Made by a program: the position numbers and the translations under genes
Shown here: in pieces, positions 1 through 6,358 of the stretch
Layout of the letters: every line of letters begins with the position of its first letter
Position numbering within the stretch: position 1 is the first letter of the stretch
Notes under the pieces: generated by a model
Told to the model about the DNA's origin: nothing
Database searches by the model: none
Seen by the model: the letters and a program-made list of their open reading frames with translations, nothing else
DNA from: a virus
Lineage: Duplodnaviria > Heunggongvirae > Uroviricota > Caudoviricetes
DNA: 14,213 nt
Strand: one strand, 5' to 3'
IMG/VR virus record: IMGVR_UViG_2698536549_000018

Positions 1-24
1 AAAAAAGCCCCTCCGGAGAGGGGC
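1..24 (-). terminator. Intrinsic terminator (hairpin GCCCCTC-CGGA-GAGGGGC followed by T6 on the minus strand)
   Basis: Plus strand reads A6 then perfect 7-bp GC stem with 4-nt loop at 7-24; on the minus strand this is stem-loop plus TTTTTT. Forms the 3' end of repeat copy A. Confidence 0.6.
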
Positions 25-237
25 CGATCGCTATGTATACACCATAAGCAGCATAGTGCCGGGTGCCTCCCGGTAGATTCAGCCTGACTACTGAATCTGC
101 GTATTGTGACCATCGCTATGGAGACCATGTCAGACGCCCCTCCGCACAGGGGGATTCACTATGCTGGCTCGTTTTTACAAGACTTCCATCGATCAGACAA
201 TAGTCCATCAACCGAATTGTGAGTCATTTAACATTTC
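4..237 (-). repeat. Copy A of a ~240-bp diverged noncoding repeat (terminator hairpin, CCGGGTGCCTCCCGG hairpin, CGCCCCTCCGCACAGGGGGATTCAC block, GAATTGTGAG..ATTTAACA block)
   Basis: Blocks at 7-24, 56-74, 135-159 and 214-237 recur in the same order and spacing at 1965-1982, 2016-2034, 2108-2132 and 2187-2210. No conserved ORF: the ATG after the second block opens a 28-codon frame here and a 10-codon frame in copy B. Confidence 0.6.
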
Positions 238-482
238 CATGAGGTAACTGATATCCAGCTAACAATCATCTACAATGGACGAAGCCAGTTCCAGAACTTG
301 CCCACGGTACAGCAACAACCACTGCATACACATAATTACCACCGGACTCTCTGAACCTGCCTCCTGGCTAACCCCAGATACAACACCACCAGTCACAAAA
401 GCATCTTATTCTGAAGTACAACTGCCGTGCGGCAGATACTAAAAGCGCCTGTATGTAACAACATAAATATACAGGATATGTT

Positions 483-761
483 TTATCCACGGGATATAAT
501 TTTGATTTCATCAAAACCGTTACTACCTGCAATTCTGTTGTACTCCTGAACAAGACTCAGTAACTCCGAATTAGCCGCGGTGAACTCCTCACAGACGTTC
601 CGAAGTGCATCTACATCCAGAAGAACCATCTCCTGACCTGAACGTCGATCAGGGGTACAAAATAAAACTGTCAGACGACTGAAGACCTTTGTTCGTTCCA
701 CATTGACGGCTTCAATACGCTGTAACAGTTGGCTACATCTGATTTTCTCATCAATATTCAC
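483..761 (-). CDS. Small hypothetical protein (92 aa, GTG start) immediately downstream of the AraC-family gene
   Basis: Open frame with protein-like composition; GTG start with weak SD; AT-rich like the adjacent regulator. Function not recognised; a PerC/Pch-like or ANR-like partner is only a hypothesis. Confidence 0.45.
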   Translation of the reverse strand: MNIDEKIRCSQLLQRIEAVNVERTKVFSRLTVLFCTPDRRSGQEMVLLDVDALRNVCEEFTAANSELLSLVQEYNRIAGSNGFDEIKIISRG

Positions 762-850
762 GCAAACACCAAATGATTATAACTCTTTATGCTGAACACA
801 TTCAGACTATATCTAATACAGTCAATCAATATATGCCTGATGAAAAAACA

Positions 851-1576
851 TCAGATAACGTCTGCTTTCTGCAAATATGCATAGCTCTCAGGTGGTGCAC
901 CATAATACTGGTGAAATACAGAAATGAAATAGGACTTACTTGAGTAACCACATTTTTCCGCTATCGCTTGTCCACACTCTCGCTGGAAACATACAAGATT
1001 AACAGCAACACGCATTCGCTCCTCCAGCAACAACCGACTAAAGCTATAACCTTCATCCTTAAGTTTTCGCTTCAACAAGCTTTCGCTCATATGCAATTGT
1101 AATGCAATCACACCTAGCATCCAGCCTGCCGATATGTCGGTCTGAATTATAGCCCTTACTTTACAGCTGATATTATTTACAGCACCGGACAAAAATAATG
1201 GCAGACGCCTGTCTGTTGCAAATAAGGAGATACATGAAAATGCGGTTATAACAGAGAAATCCTTCAAAGTATCACTGGATTCACTATGCTGGGTTATTAA
1301 AGCCTCCGCCAGTTCCGTATTGTAAATATCAGACATCAAATAAAGAGGCATTTTTGTCGGTGTATACTCCGTCAGTTCACACTCCCTTTCCAGATACTGA
1401 TTGACGACGCTGTTACTTATATCTGCCATTTTCACTCTGTCGGCATAAGCACAGAAAAGCCCTCTTATATTTCTGGCAACAAGCATAACACTTCCGGCAT
1501 CGAGTGAAACTTTTTCTTTTTCAAGAAAAATATCTATCGGATAGCGAATCAGGACCACAGAGCAGGCAACATCCAT
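851..1576 (-). CDS. AraC/XylS-family transcriptional regulator (241 aa)
   Basis: C-terminal ~100 aa has the double helix-turn-helix AraC signature (..SESLLKRKLKDEGYSFSRLLLEERMRVAVNL.. and ..IAEKCGYSSKSYFISVFHQYYGAPPESY..). AT-rich with a weak SD, typical of horizontally acquired Rns/AppY/GadX-like regulators. Confidence 0.85.
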   Translation of the reverse strand: MDVACSVVLIRYPIDIFLEKEKVSLDAGSVMLVARNIRGLFCAYADRVKMADISNSVVNQYLERECELTEYTPTKMPLYLMSDIYNTELAEALITQHSESSDTLKDFSVITAFSCISLFATDRRLPLFLSGAVNNISCKVRAIIQTDISAGWMLGVIALQLHMSESLLKRKLKDEGYSFSRLLLEERMRVAVNLVCFQRECGQAIAEKCGYSSKSYFISVFHQYYGAPPESYAYLQKADVI

Positions 1577-1642
1577 TTTGAATTAACCTGAGCAAAAAGA
1601 CTTAATACCAGTATATTCCAAAAATGGCATTTTGGGAGATTA

Positions 1643-1873
1643 CTTCTGCAAACCGCTCCCGCTAAATACATCCCTGATTTCCTGCGCAGTCTGTTCAAAA
1701 CGCCCGGTATCCAGCTCAACGCCAGTTGCACGACGCCCCAGCGCCATCGCTGCTTTAACTGCCGAACCCTACCCCATGAAGAAATCTGCAACCAGGCCAC
1801 CCGGCAGAAGGGAGACTACAGCCCGCAATTCGAAAAAGGCCGCGCTATTGCGCAGAGTGATTACTGTCGGGTA
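1643..1873 (-). pseudogene. C-terminal remnant of a beta-class N6-adenine/N4-cytosine DNA methyltransferase, with in-frame TAG and missing N-terminus
   Basis: Minus-strand translation gives ..LPGGLVADFFMG*GSAVKAAMALGRRATGVELDTGRFEQTAQEIRDVFSGSGLQK*, matching the C-terminal motif I region (DPFxGSGTT..A..LGR.FIGxEld) with TAG at the conserved Ser position (1769-1771). The frame is closed upstream by TAA at 1874-1876; not in the ORF track because it lacks a start. Confidence 0.5.
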
Positions 1874-1924
1874 TTATTCGCCAGTTGAAGTATTACTTCA
1901 CGTTTTATTGTTTATTCCTTGCCG

Positions 1925-1952
1925 CCCGCGTCTCCCAGCGCGGGCTTTTTTT
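1925..1952 (+). terminator. Plus-strand intrinsic terminator (CCCGCG-N8-CGCGGG followed by T7)
   Basis: 6-bp GC stem at 1925-1930/1939-1944, then C and TTTTTTT at 1946-1952. Sits back-to-back with the minus-strand hairpin of repeat copy B. Confidence 0.5.
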
Positions 1953-1961
1953 GTCCATAAG

Positions 1962-2210
1962 AAAGCCCCTCCGGAGAGGGGCTGAAGCCGCATTTCTGTA
2001 TCACCATGAGCATGGTGCCGGGTGCCTCCCGGTGAGTTCAGCCCGGTGACACCAAACCCGCGTATTCTCGCTTACGATCATCAAAGAGATCATACCGTTC
2101 ACCAGTCGCCCCTCCGCACAGGGGGATTCACCATGCGAAATTTTTTTAACAAATGCTCAGTCTGACAGGCAACTGTCAACTTACTGAATTGTGAGGGATT
2201 TAACACTTCA
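1962..2210 (-). repeat. Copy B of the ~240-bp diverged noncoding repeat, including hairpin GCCCCTC-CGGA-GAGGGGC at 1965-1982
   Basis: Same ordered blocks as copy A (see 4-237). Lies directly 3' of the lipoprotein gene on the minus strand. Confidence 0.6.
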
Positions 2211-2271
2211 CAGCACAATATCTTTCCAGCGCCCCAAAATCATCAGGACAGGAGAAAATCTTCTCCCCCTG

Positions 2272-2700
2272 TCAGAGTTTAAAATCCAGCACGCCATTTC
2301 TAAATGCTTTATATACTCCTGAAGACGGTGGTGATGGTATATCAGCATTCTTTACTGCATTCATCGCTTCACGACATAAATCGGGATCACCGCTTTCTCT
2401 TTTAACCTGTAGCAGAAGACCATTCGGGGCCATATACATTCTCAGTGAACACTCTTTTCCTGAATACTTACTCGCATCCTTTAACTGTTCTTCTATGGCT
2501 TTCCTGACCTGAATGGCATACAGCCGGATTTCTTCACTGGCATCAGGGGTACGTTCCGATGAGCTCAAATTTTGCGACTTTATTAATTTATCTGAGTGAT
2601 ACAGAGAAGCATCATAATTATTTGTCGATACATCTTTTGTGCAGCCAGTTGTCAGACTGGCTAATATCAAAACAAGAACCGGTACAGCACGGCAATACAT
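2272..2700 (-). CDS. Lipoprotein with TolA C-terminal domain III-like domain (142 aa)
   Basis: N-terminal signal peptide with lipobox (LILASLTTG-C). C-terminal ~85 aa (YAIQVRKAIEEQLKDASKYSGKECSLRMYMAPNGLLLQVKRESGDPDLCREAMNAVKNADIPSPPSSGVYKAFRNGVLDFKL) aligns closely with the C-terminus of E. coli TolA as recalled (..YAGQIKSAIESKFYDASSYAGKTCTLRIKLAPDGMLLDIKPEGGDPALCQAALAAAKLAKIPKPPSQAVYEVFKNAPLDFKP). ATG start with GGAG upstream; AT-rich upstream region. Confidence 0.8.
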   Translation of the reverse strand: MYCRAVPVLVLILASLTTGCTKDVSTNNYDASLYHSDKLIKSQNLSSSERTPDASEEIRLYAIQVRKAIEEQLKDASKYSGKECSLRMYMAPNGLLLQVKRESGDPDLCREAMNAVKNADIPSPPSSGVYKAFRNGVLDFKL

Positions 2701-2900
2701 TTATCCATCTCCATATTAACAAGAACAATTATCTATAAAATATAGTAAATATGCGGGATCCGGGAGGACTTGTAACTATCATCTCCGGATCAGCATGTAG
2801 TTTTTATTTTTCCGGATGATATATGCCGCAATAATACCCCTGCATACAGATGCCTGCAAATATCTACGAAGCATCCGGCGAGAATAAACAAGGAAGTCTG

Positions 2901-2922
2901 AGGCTATCTTATATGATAGCCT
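2901..2922. promoter_or_regulatory. Perfect palindrome AGGCTATC-TTATAT-GATAGCCT between the tRNAs and the lipoprotein gene; candidate operator or structural element
   Basis: 8-bp perfect inverted arms around a 6-bp AT spacer, read directly. No flanking T-run, so not a classical terminator. Confidence 0.3.
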
Positions 2923-2978
2923 GTTGCTCAAAAGACAATGATTCACTCATCAGAACCAACAACGCATAATGCAGATAA

Positions 2979-3055
2979 TGGACCGCCATCGAGGACTCGA
3001 ACCCCGCGCAGCCAGCTTCGAAGGCTGGCGCTCTATCCCGATGAGCTAATGGCGG
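2979..3055 (-). tRNA. tRNA-Arg (anticodon UCG by manual fold)
   Basis: Reverse complement folds as a cloverleaf: acceptor CCGCCAT/ATGGCGG (7 bp), D-arm GCTC..GAGC, anticodon stem CCAGC/GCTGG with loop CTTCGAA, T-arm CGGGG-TTCGAGT-CCTCG, discriminator and encoded CCA. Confidence 0.8.
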
Positions 3056-3064
3056 TATGTGATA

Positions 3065-3139
3065 TGGTGGCCTTGCTGGATTTGAACCAGCGACCTGGCG
3101 ATTATGAGTCGCTCGCTCTCACCACTGAGCTAAAGGGCC
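3065..3139 (-). tRNA. tRNA-Ile2/Met-like (anticodon CAU), ileX-like, with an apparent 1-nt deletion in the 3' acceptor strand
   Basis: Reverse complement GGCCCTTTAGCTCAGTGGTGAGAGCGAGCGACTCATAATCGCCAGGTCGCTGGTTCAAATCCAGCAAGGCCACCA resembles E. coli tRNA-Ile2. Anticodon loop CTCATAA, T-loop TTCAAAT. The 3' acceptor strand reads AAGGCC where AAGGGCC is needed to pair with 5' GGCCCTT. Confidence 0.7.
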
Positions 3140-3258
3140 GGGCGCAGGATAATAACGTTACGAAATAAATGTTGCAAGCATTCAAGAATCACCTGGTTAA
3201 AAATTACCCTTACTTCCTCCACCAGCGCATTCACCATTTCTATCCGAGATAAGTGGCA

Positions 3259-3290
3259 TAAAAAAACCCGCTTGTGGGCGGGTTTTGTTT
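3259..3290 (-). terminator. Bidirectional intrinsic terminator between the Q-like gene and the tRNAs (tR'-like)
   Basis: A7, then stem CCCGC/GCGGG with 6-nt loop, then TTTTGTTTG on the plus strand; on the minus strand the same hairpin is followed by T7. Positioned as lambda tR' is relative to Q. Confidence 0.6.
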
Positions 3291-3349
3291 GCTTTTGCCA
3301 TCACGTACAAAATCGGCAAAATATCAGATTTGCATGAAATATATGCCTT

Positions 3350-4039
3350 TCAATCTACTTTTGCAACACTTTGCTTTGAAAATGCCGCCTTTTGTTTTGA
3401 ACGTGTTCTCATTACAAACAATAAAGCCTCACTATCCAGTCGGTGAAAAATGTGTTTCATTGCAACCCAGTGACGAGTAAATGTTTTGGACCAGTTTTTA
3501 GTTGTCACTCCCGCCAGTAATGCCAGCTCCTGGTATTCATAACCTTCCCCACCAAAAAGTTCTGCTTTTACTGCCTGCGCCGCCAGCCAGATTAATTTTT
3601 TCAGGCGTTCCTGCGTTTTCCCTGCAATTTTTCTGGTACCGGATTGAGTATTAAATTCATTCCACGCCCACTGTGTTATCGCGATCTGATATTCCCAACA
3701 AATACTCCCGCTGTAACTCCACAACAACCAGGCTTTATGATGTTCTTCAAGAGACAGAACAGCCCGCCGCCACGATGATGTCGAAAACTCAACCGGACTG
3801 ACCAGAGGAATTGACGTCCCCTTCGCCAGCGATTGTTTCCCCGGGATTGGTGGATTATCCCGCGTAATCATTTTTCCGGTCACTTCATCTCGGTACCGGA
3901 TTTTTTTACGCCTGTAACGCCCTGTATCGAACATGGCATTCTCCTGCCAGGCTTCAAGCTGACCTTTTGTTGCCCCACTCAAATCAGCGGTGGCGATAAT
4001 GAGCTGCTCACGCACAAACTGTAAATACTGGTTATTCAT
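3350..4039 (-). CDS. Putative late-gene antiterminator Q-like protein (229 aa from the ATG at 4039)
   Basis: Follows rusA with an ATGA start/stop overlap and precedes the tR'-like terminator and tRNAs, the canonical Q position. Trp-rich sequence; no lambda-Q zinc finger seen, so the family is assigned by position only. Confidence 0.55.
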   Translation of the reverse strand: MNNQYLQFVREQLIIATADLSGATKGQLEAWQENAMFDTGRYRRKKIRYRDEVTGKMITRDNPPIPGKQSLAKGTSIPLVSPVEFSTSSWRRAVLSLEEHHKAWLLWSYSGSICWEYQIAITQWAWNEFNTQSGTRKIAGKTQERLKKLIWLAAQAVKAELFGGEGYEYQELALLAGVTTKNWSKTFTRHWVAMKHIFHRLDSEALLFVMRTRSKQKAAFSKQSVAKVD

Positions 4040-4395
4040 GCGCACTCCAGTTCTGTGATTTTTATCCCCAGCCGCCCACCAGGAACGAGCTGACCGCGCA
4101 CAATATTGATTTCATCAAACTGCTCGTCGTCTATAAGTAGTCCGGCATGCGTCAGCGCATCCAGTGGTGCCTTCAGGATATTGTCCAAGTCGCGGCGGCG
4201 CTTATCCGGTGGCTCTGCAATAATCTTTATCGCCAGCCTTCCGGACAGGTTTAATTTCAGCCGCTGCTGGCGAACAATAAGCGCCACATCATGGCGATAA
4301 CGCTTTCCGGCCTCCGAGATGAAATACGTATTGCCATGACGTCGCCAGTAGGTATTCACCGTCGGCGGGTAAGGCAAAACAAACTCTATACACAT
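4036..4395 (-). CDS. rusA: Holliday junction resolvase RusA (119 aa from the ATG)
   Basis: Sequence matches the RusA family (..YRHDVALIVRQQ..PPDKRRRDLDNILKAPLDALTHAGLLIDDEQ..GGRLGIKITE..), including the catalytic D-rich core. SD GGGGG upstream of the ATG at 4395. Confidence 0.85.
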   Translation of the reverse strand: MCIEFVLPYPPTVNTYWRRHGNTYFISEAGKRYRHDVALIVRQQRLKLNLSGRLAIKIIAEPPDKRRRDLDNILKAPLDALTHAGLLIDDEQFDEINIVRGQLVPGGRLGIKITELECA

Positions 4396-4409
4396 CAATA
4401 CCCCCCCTT

Positions 4410-5467
4410 TTACCCAAGCACACCGGTTGCAAAGGCGTGATCAAGAAAACGAAAAATTAAATCAACCTGAGAACCATGCTTTTCTTCGAACGCCAGCGGA
4501 TCCACATGAAGCTCGTTATGATGCTCCCGACACAGCGGTAGCGTGAAAATATCGTGGGCTTTTGTTCCCATTCCCCCCTGACCATGACCAATCAGGTGAT
4601 GCGGATCGTCAGCTGGCTTACCACAACACGCACACGGCTGTGTCTTTACCCAGCGCGTGTATTTCTCATTAACCCAACGGCGATGTTTAGGCCGCTTCAT
4701 AAACGATTCAGGAGACTCCGGATCAACGGCGATACTGACAACCGTTTTTTTCTGTGGTGGATTTTGTTGCTGGTGGACGTGAAGTGGCAGCGCAATATTT
4801 TTTGTGCGCTGCTTCAGTATGCTGATGGCTGTCTGTTCTCCCGGTACGATGTCACTCTCACGGTATACGGAGCGGATTTTTTCCNNNNNNNNNNNNNNNN
4901 NNNNNNNNNNNNNNNNNNNNNNNNNNNNNNNNNNGCATCCACCACCTGATTGCAGGCCGCCCACCAGGATAATTCGGCCAGCGATAACTCCCTCTCCTGC
5001 GTACCGCTTATTGCGTGACGTATAACATCAATCATCCAGACTGCCAGATTCTGCTGAGCAAGTTGATCGAGTGATTCTGATGTCTGGTCGCGCAGCTGGT
5101 TGTCACAGTGCCAGCACAACACCATCGCGCCGGTACCGTAACGATGTATGACTGTTTCACTGTGATGATAGTCACCATGAGGCCACTGGCAGGATTTGAC
5201 ATGACGCAACAGCCAGTCAGACAGTGCGCCAGCGCCGCCAGCAGCACGAATCACCCGCTCATCGCTGAAAAATGGCAGTAATGATTTATCTTCCGCCAGC
5301 GGCTGGCGAACAGCAGGAACAACTCCGGACGGCAGACCGCGCATGCTTTTCGGTTCCGGCTCCACCAGCACTCGAGGGTTATGAAATACCTGCATGGATT
5401 CACGGCCCGGCTTTAGCACCACCAGTCCAAGTTCCGGTACCGGAACAGGTCGAAGCAATACCCGCAC
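4410..5467 (-). CDS. DUF968-like prophage protein (YdfU-like, ~350 aa) with Cys/His-rich HNH-like C-terminal region; interrupted by an assembly gap
   Basis: Two ORF-track pieces (4410-4964 and 4814-5467) are separated only by the N run and are in different frames, consistent with a gap of arbitrary length. C-terminal motif ..CACCGKPADDPHHL..HGQGGMGTKAHD..LPLCREHHNELH... GTG start at 5467 with GGAGG 5 nt upstream. Confidence 0.7.
4885..4934. other. Assembly gap (50 N) inside the DUF968-like gene
   Basis: Run of n characters read directly from the sequence. Confidence 0.99.
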
Positions 5468-5468
5468 G

Positions 5469-5741
5469 TTACCTCCAGATGCGTTGCTGGAATGTGCGGG
5501 ACGGACGCGGTGGGCGTTCGGAATAAGGGAGTCTGACGTAAATTATCCAGAGACGATAATCGAGGCTGAGAGCTTTCTTAATCTCGTATCCGCGTCTGCG
5601 GTAGTTCTGAATCAGCCATTCGGCCTGTTCTTCAGTGCATGGGTTATGCTGGAACCAGTCGGTTTTAAATGCGCGCGAACGCCGCCCGTGCCGGATGGCA
5701 AGGTCGGTATCAGAATTGTGATGTTTGGTATTGTGCGCCAT
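5469..5741 (-). CDS. Hypothetical small basic protein (90 aa from the internal ATG), positionally equivalent to rem in Qin-like prophages
   Basis: The longer 132-aa frame would translate through the hok terminator hairpin, so the ATG at 5741 is preferred. Its TAA stop abuts the GTG start of the DUF968-like gene. Weak SD. Confidence 0.4.
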   Translation of the reverse strand: MAHNTKHHNSDTDLAIRHGRRSRAFKTDWFQHNPCTEEQAEWLIQNYRRRGYEIKKALSLDYRLWIIYVRLPYSERPPRPSRTFQQRIWR

Positions 5742-5810
5742 CGGTTTTCTCTGCTGGCGCAGCAGGTGCCAGTTGTTCAGGCTGGCCTGTGGATTGTAAA
5801 CCAGAATACG

Positions 5811-5845
5811 TAAAACAAAAAACCCGCCGAAGCGGGTTAAGCGCG
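5811..5845 (-). terminator. Intrinsic terminator downstream of hok (AACCCGC-TTCG-GCGGGTT followed by TTTTTTGTTTT on the minus strand)
   Basis: 7-bp stem at 5821-5827/5832-5838 with tetraloop, preceded on the plus strand by a 12-nt A-rich run (T-run on the minus strand). Confidence 0.7.
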
Positions 5846-5907
5846 GGTGCGTTGAGGATGCCGACACATCAGAGGTGGCGGGAGATTACTCTCCCGCCTG
5901 GTCACTC

Positions 5908-6063
5908 TTACTTCTCAGATTCGTAGTCCACGAAGACAGCGACCTCCGTCTGGCCGGTTCGGATTCGTACCTCGCAGAGGTCTTTCCTCGTTACCAGTGC
6001 CGTCACTATGACGGTTAAACAGATGACGATCAGGGCGACTAACATCGCCTTTTGCTGCTTCAT
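5908..6063 (-). CDS. hok: Hok/Gef-family type I toxin (51 aa); in-frame upstream ATG at 6120 gives a 70-codon mok-like frame
   Basis: MKQQKAMLVALIVICLTVIVTALVTRKDLCEVRIRTGQTEVAVFVDYESEK matches the Hok signature (single TM helix, conserved ..RK.LCE.R...G..EVAAF..YES..). GGAG SD upstream of the ATG at 6063; terminator downstream. Confidence 0.85.
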   Translation of the reverse strand: MKQQKAMLVALIVICLTVIVTALVTRKDLCEVRIRTGQTEVAVFVDYESEK

Positions 6064-6274
6064 AGACTGCTTCTCCTTGCCTTTCGGCACGTAAGAGGCT
6101 AACCTACATTTGTGAGACATAGATTGGGCCTCAGATTAATGTTAAGCGTCTTGCAGGACGCGTAATGTTAACTGGGGCTTTTCTCTATCTGCCTTTTGGT
6201 GTTCATGCCTGAGGCAGATAGCCTCAAGCACCCGCAGCAATTCTACTTAACTCTCCTTTTCCCGCAAACCGTTT

Positions 6275-6358
6275 TTATCCCCAACGGCAAATCGAATACA
6301 CCACCAGCACCACCGCCATCGCAATTCCTACCGTTGTGAATGCTTCAGGCCAGGTCAT
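6275..6358 (-). CDS. Candidate 27-aa hydrophobic peptide (MTWPEAFTTVGIAMAVVLVVYSICRWG), translationally coupled to the upstream gene
   Basis: ATG at 6358-6356 overlaps the TGA stop of the 131-aa gene (ATGA). Single predicted TM segment. Below the ORF-track length cutoff; found by manual translation. Confidence 0.3.
   Translation of the reverse strand: MTWPEAFTTVGIAMAVVLVVYSICRWG

Noticed and set aside
368-553. 61-aa minus-strand ORF
   Set aside because: Overlaps the 3' end of the 92-aa gene in another frame, with Cys/Trp-rich odd composition and no SD.
1632-1985. 117-aa plus-strand ORF, and the overlapping 83-aa minus-strand ORF at 1549-1800
   Set aside because: Both overlap the methyltransferase remnant in other frames or on the antisense strand and have Arg/Pro/Ser-rich composition; the plus-strand ORF runs through a terminator hairpin. 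Likely non-coding.
3065-3139. Possibility that the CAU tRNA is an initiator or elongator tRNA-Met rather than tRNA-Ile2
   Set aside because: Not fully rejected. Overall similarity to host ileX and the Stx-phage precedent favour Ile2, but identity depends on lysidine modification and cannot be settled from sequence alone.
2938-3168. 76-aa plus-strand ORF
   Set aside because: It lies entirely antisense to the two tRNA genes; the open frame is a by-product of tRNA sequence.
3274-3480. 68-aa plus-strand ORF overlapping the 3' end of the Q-like gene
   Set aside because: Antisense to the Q-like gene and starts within the tR'-like terminator region; no RBS.
3833-4300. Plus-strand ORFs 3833-4024 and 4106-4300
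   Set aside because: Antisense shadows of the Q-like and rusA genes, with Ser/Cys-rich low-complexity translations.
4554-5813. Plus-strand ORFs 4554-4949, 4804-5025, 5272-5526 and 5394-5813, and minus-strand 5032-5247
   Set aside because: All overlap the DUF968-like or rem-like genes on the opposite strand or in alternative frames. Several run through the N gap, so their length is an artefact.
5469-5867. Long 132-aa version of the rem-like ORF, and plus-strand ORF 5669-5926
   Set aside because: The N-terminal extension would translate the hok terminator hairpin (..TRFGGFFV..), so the shorter start at 5741 is preferred. The plus-strand ORF is antisense to hok and the terminator.
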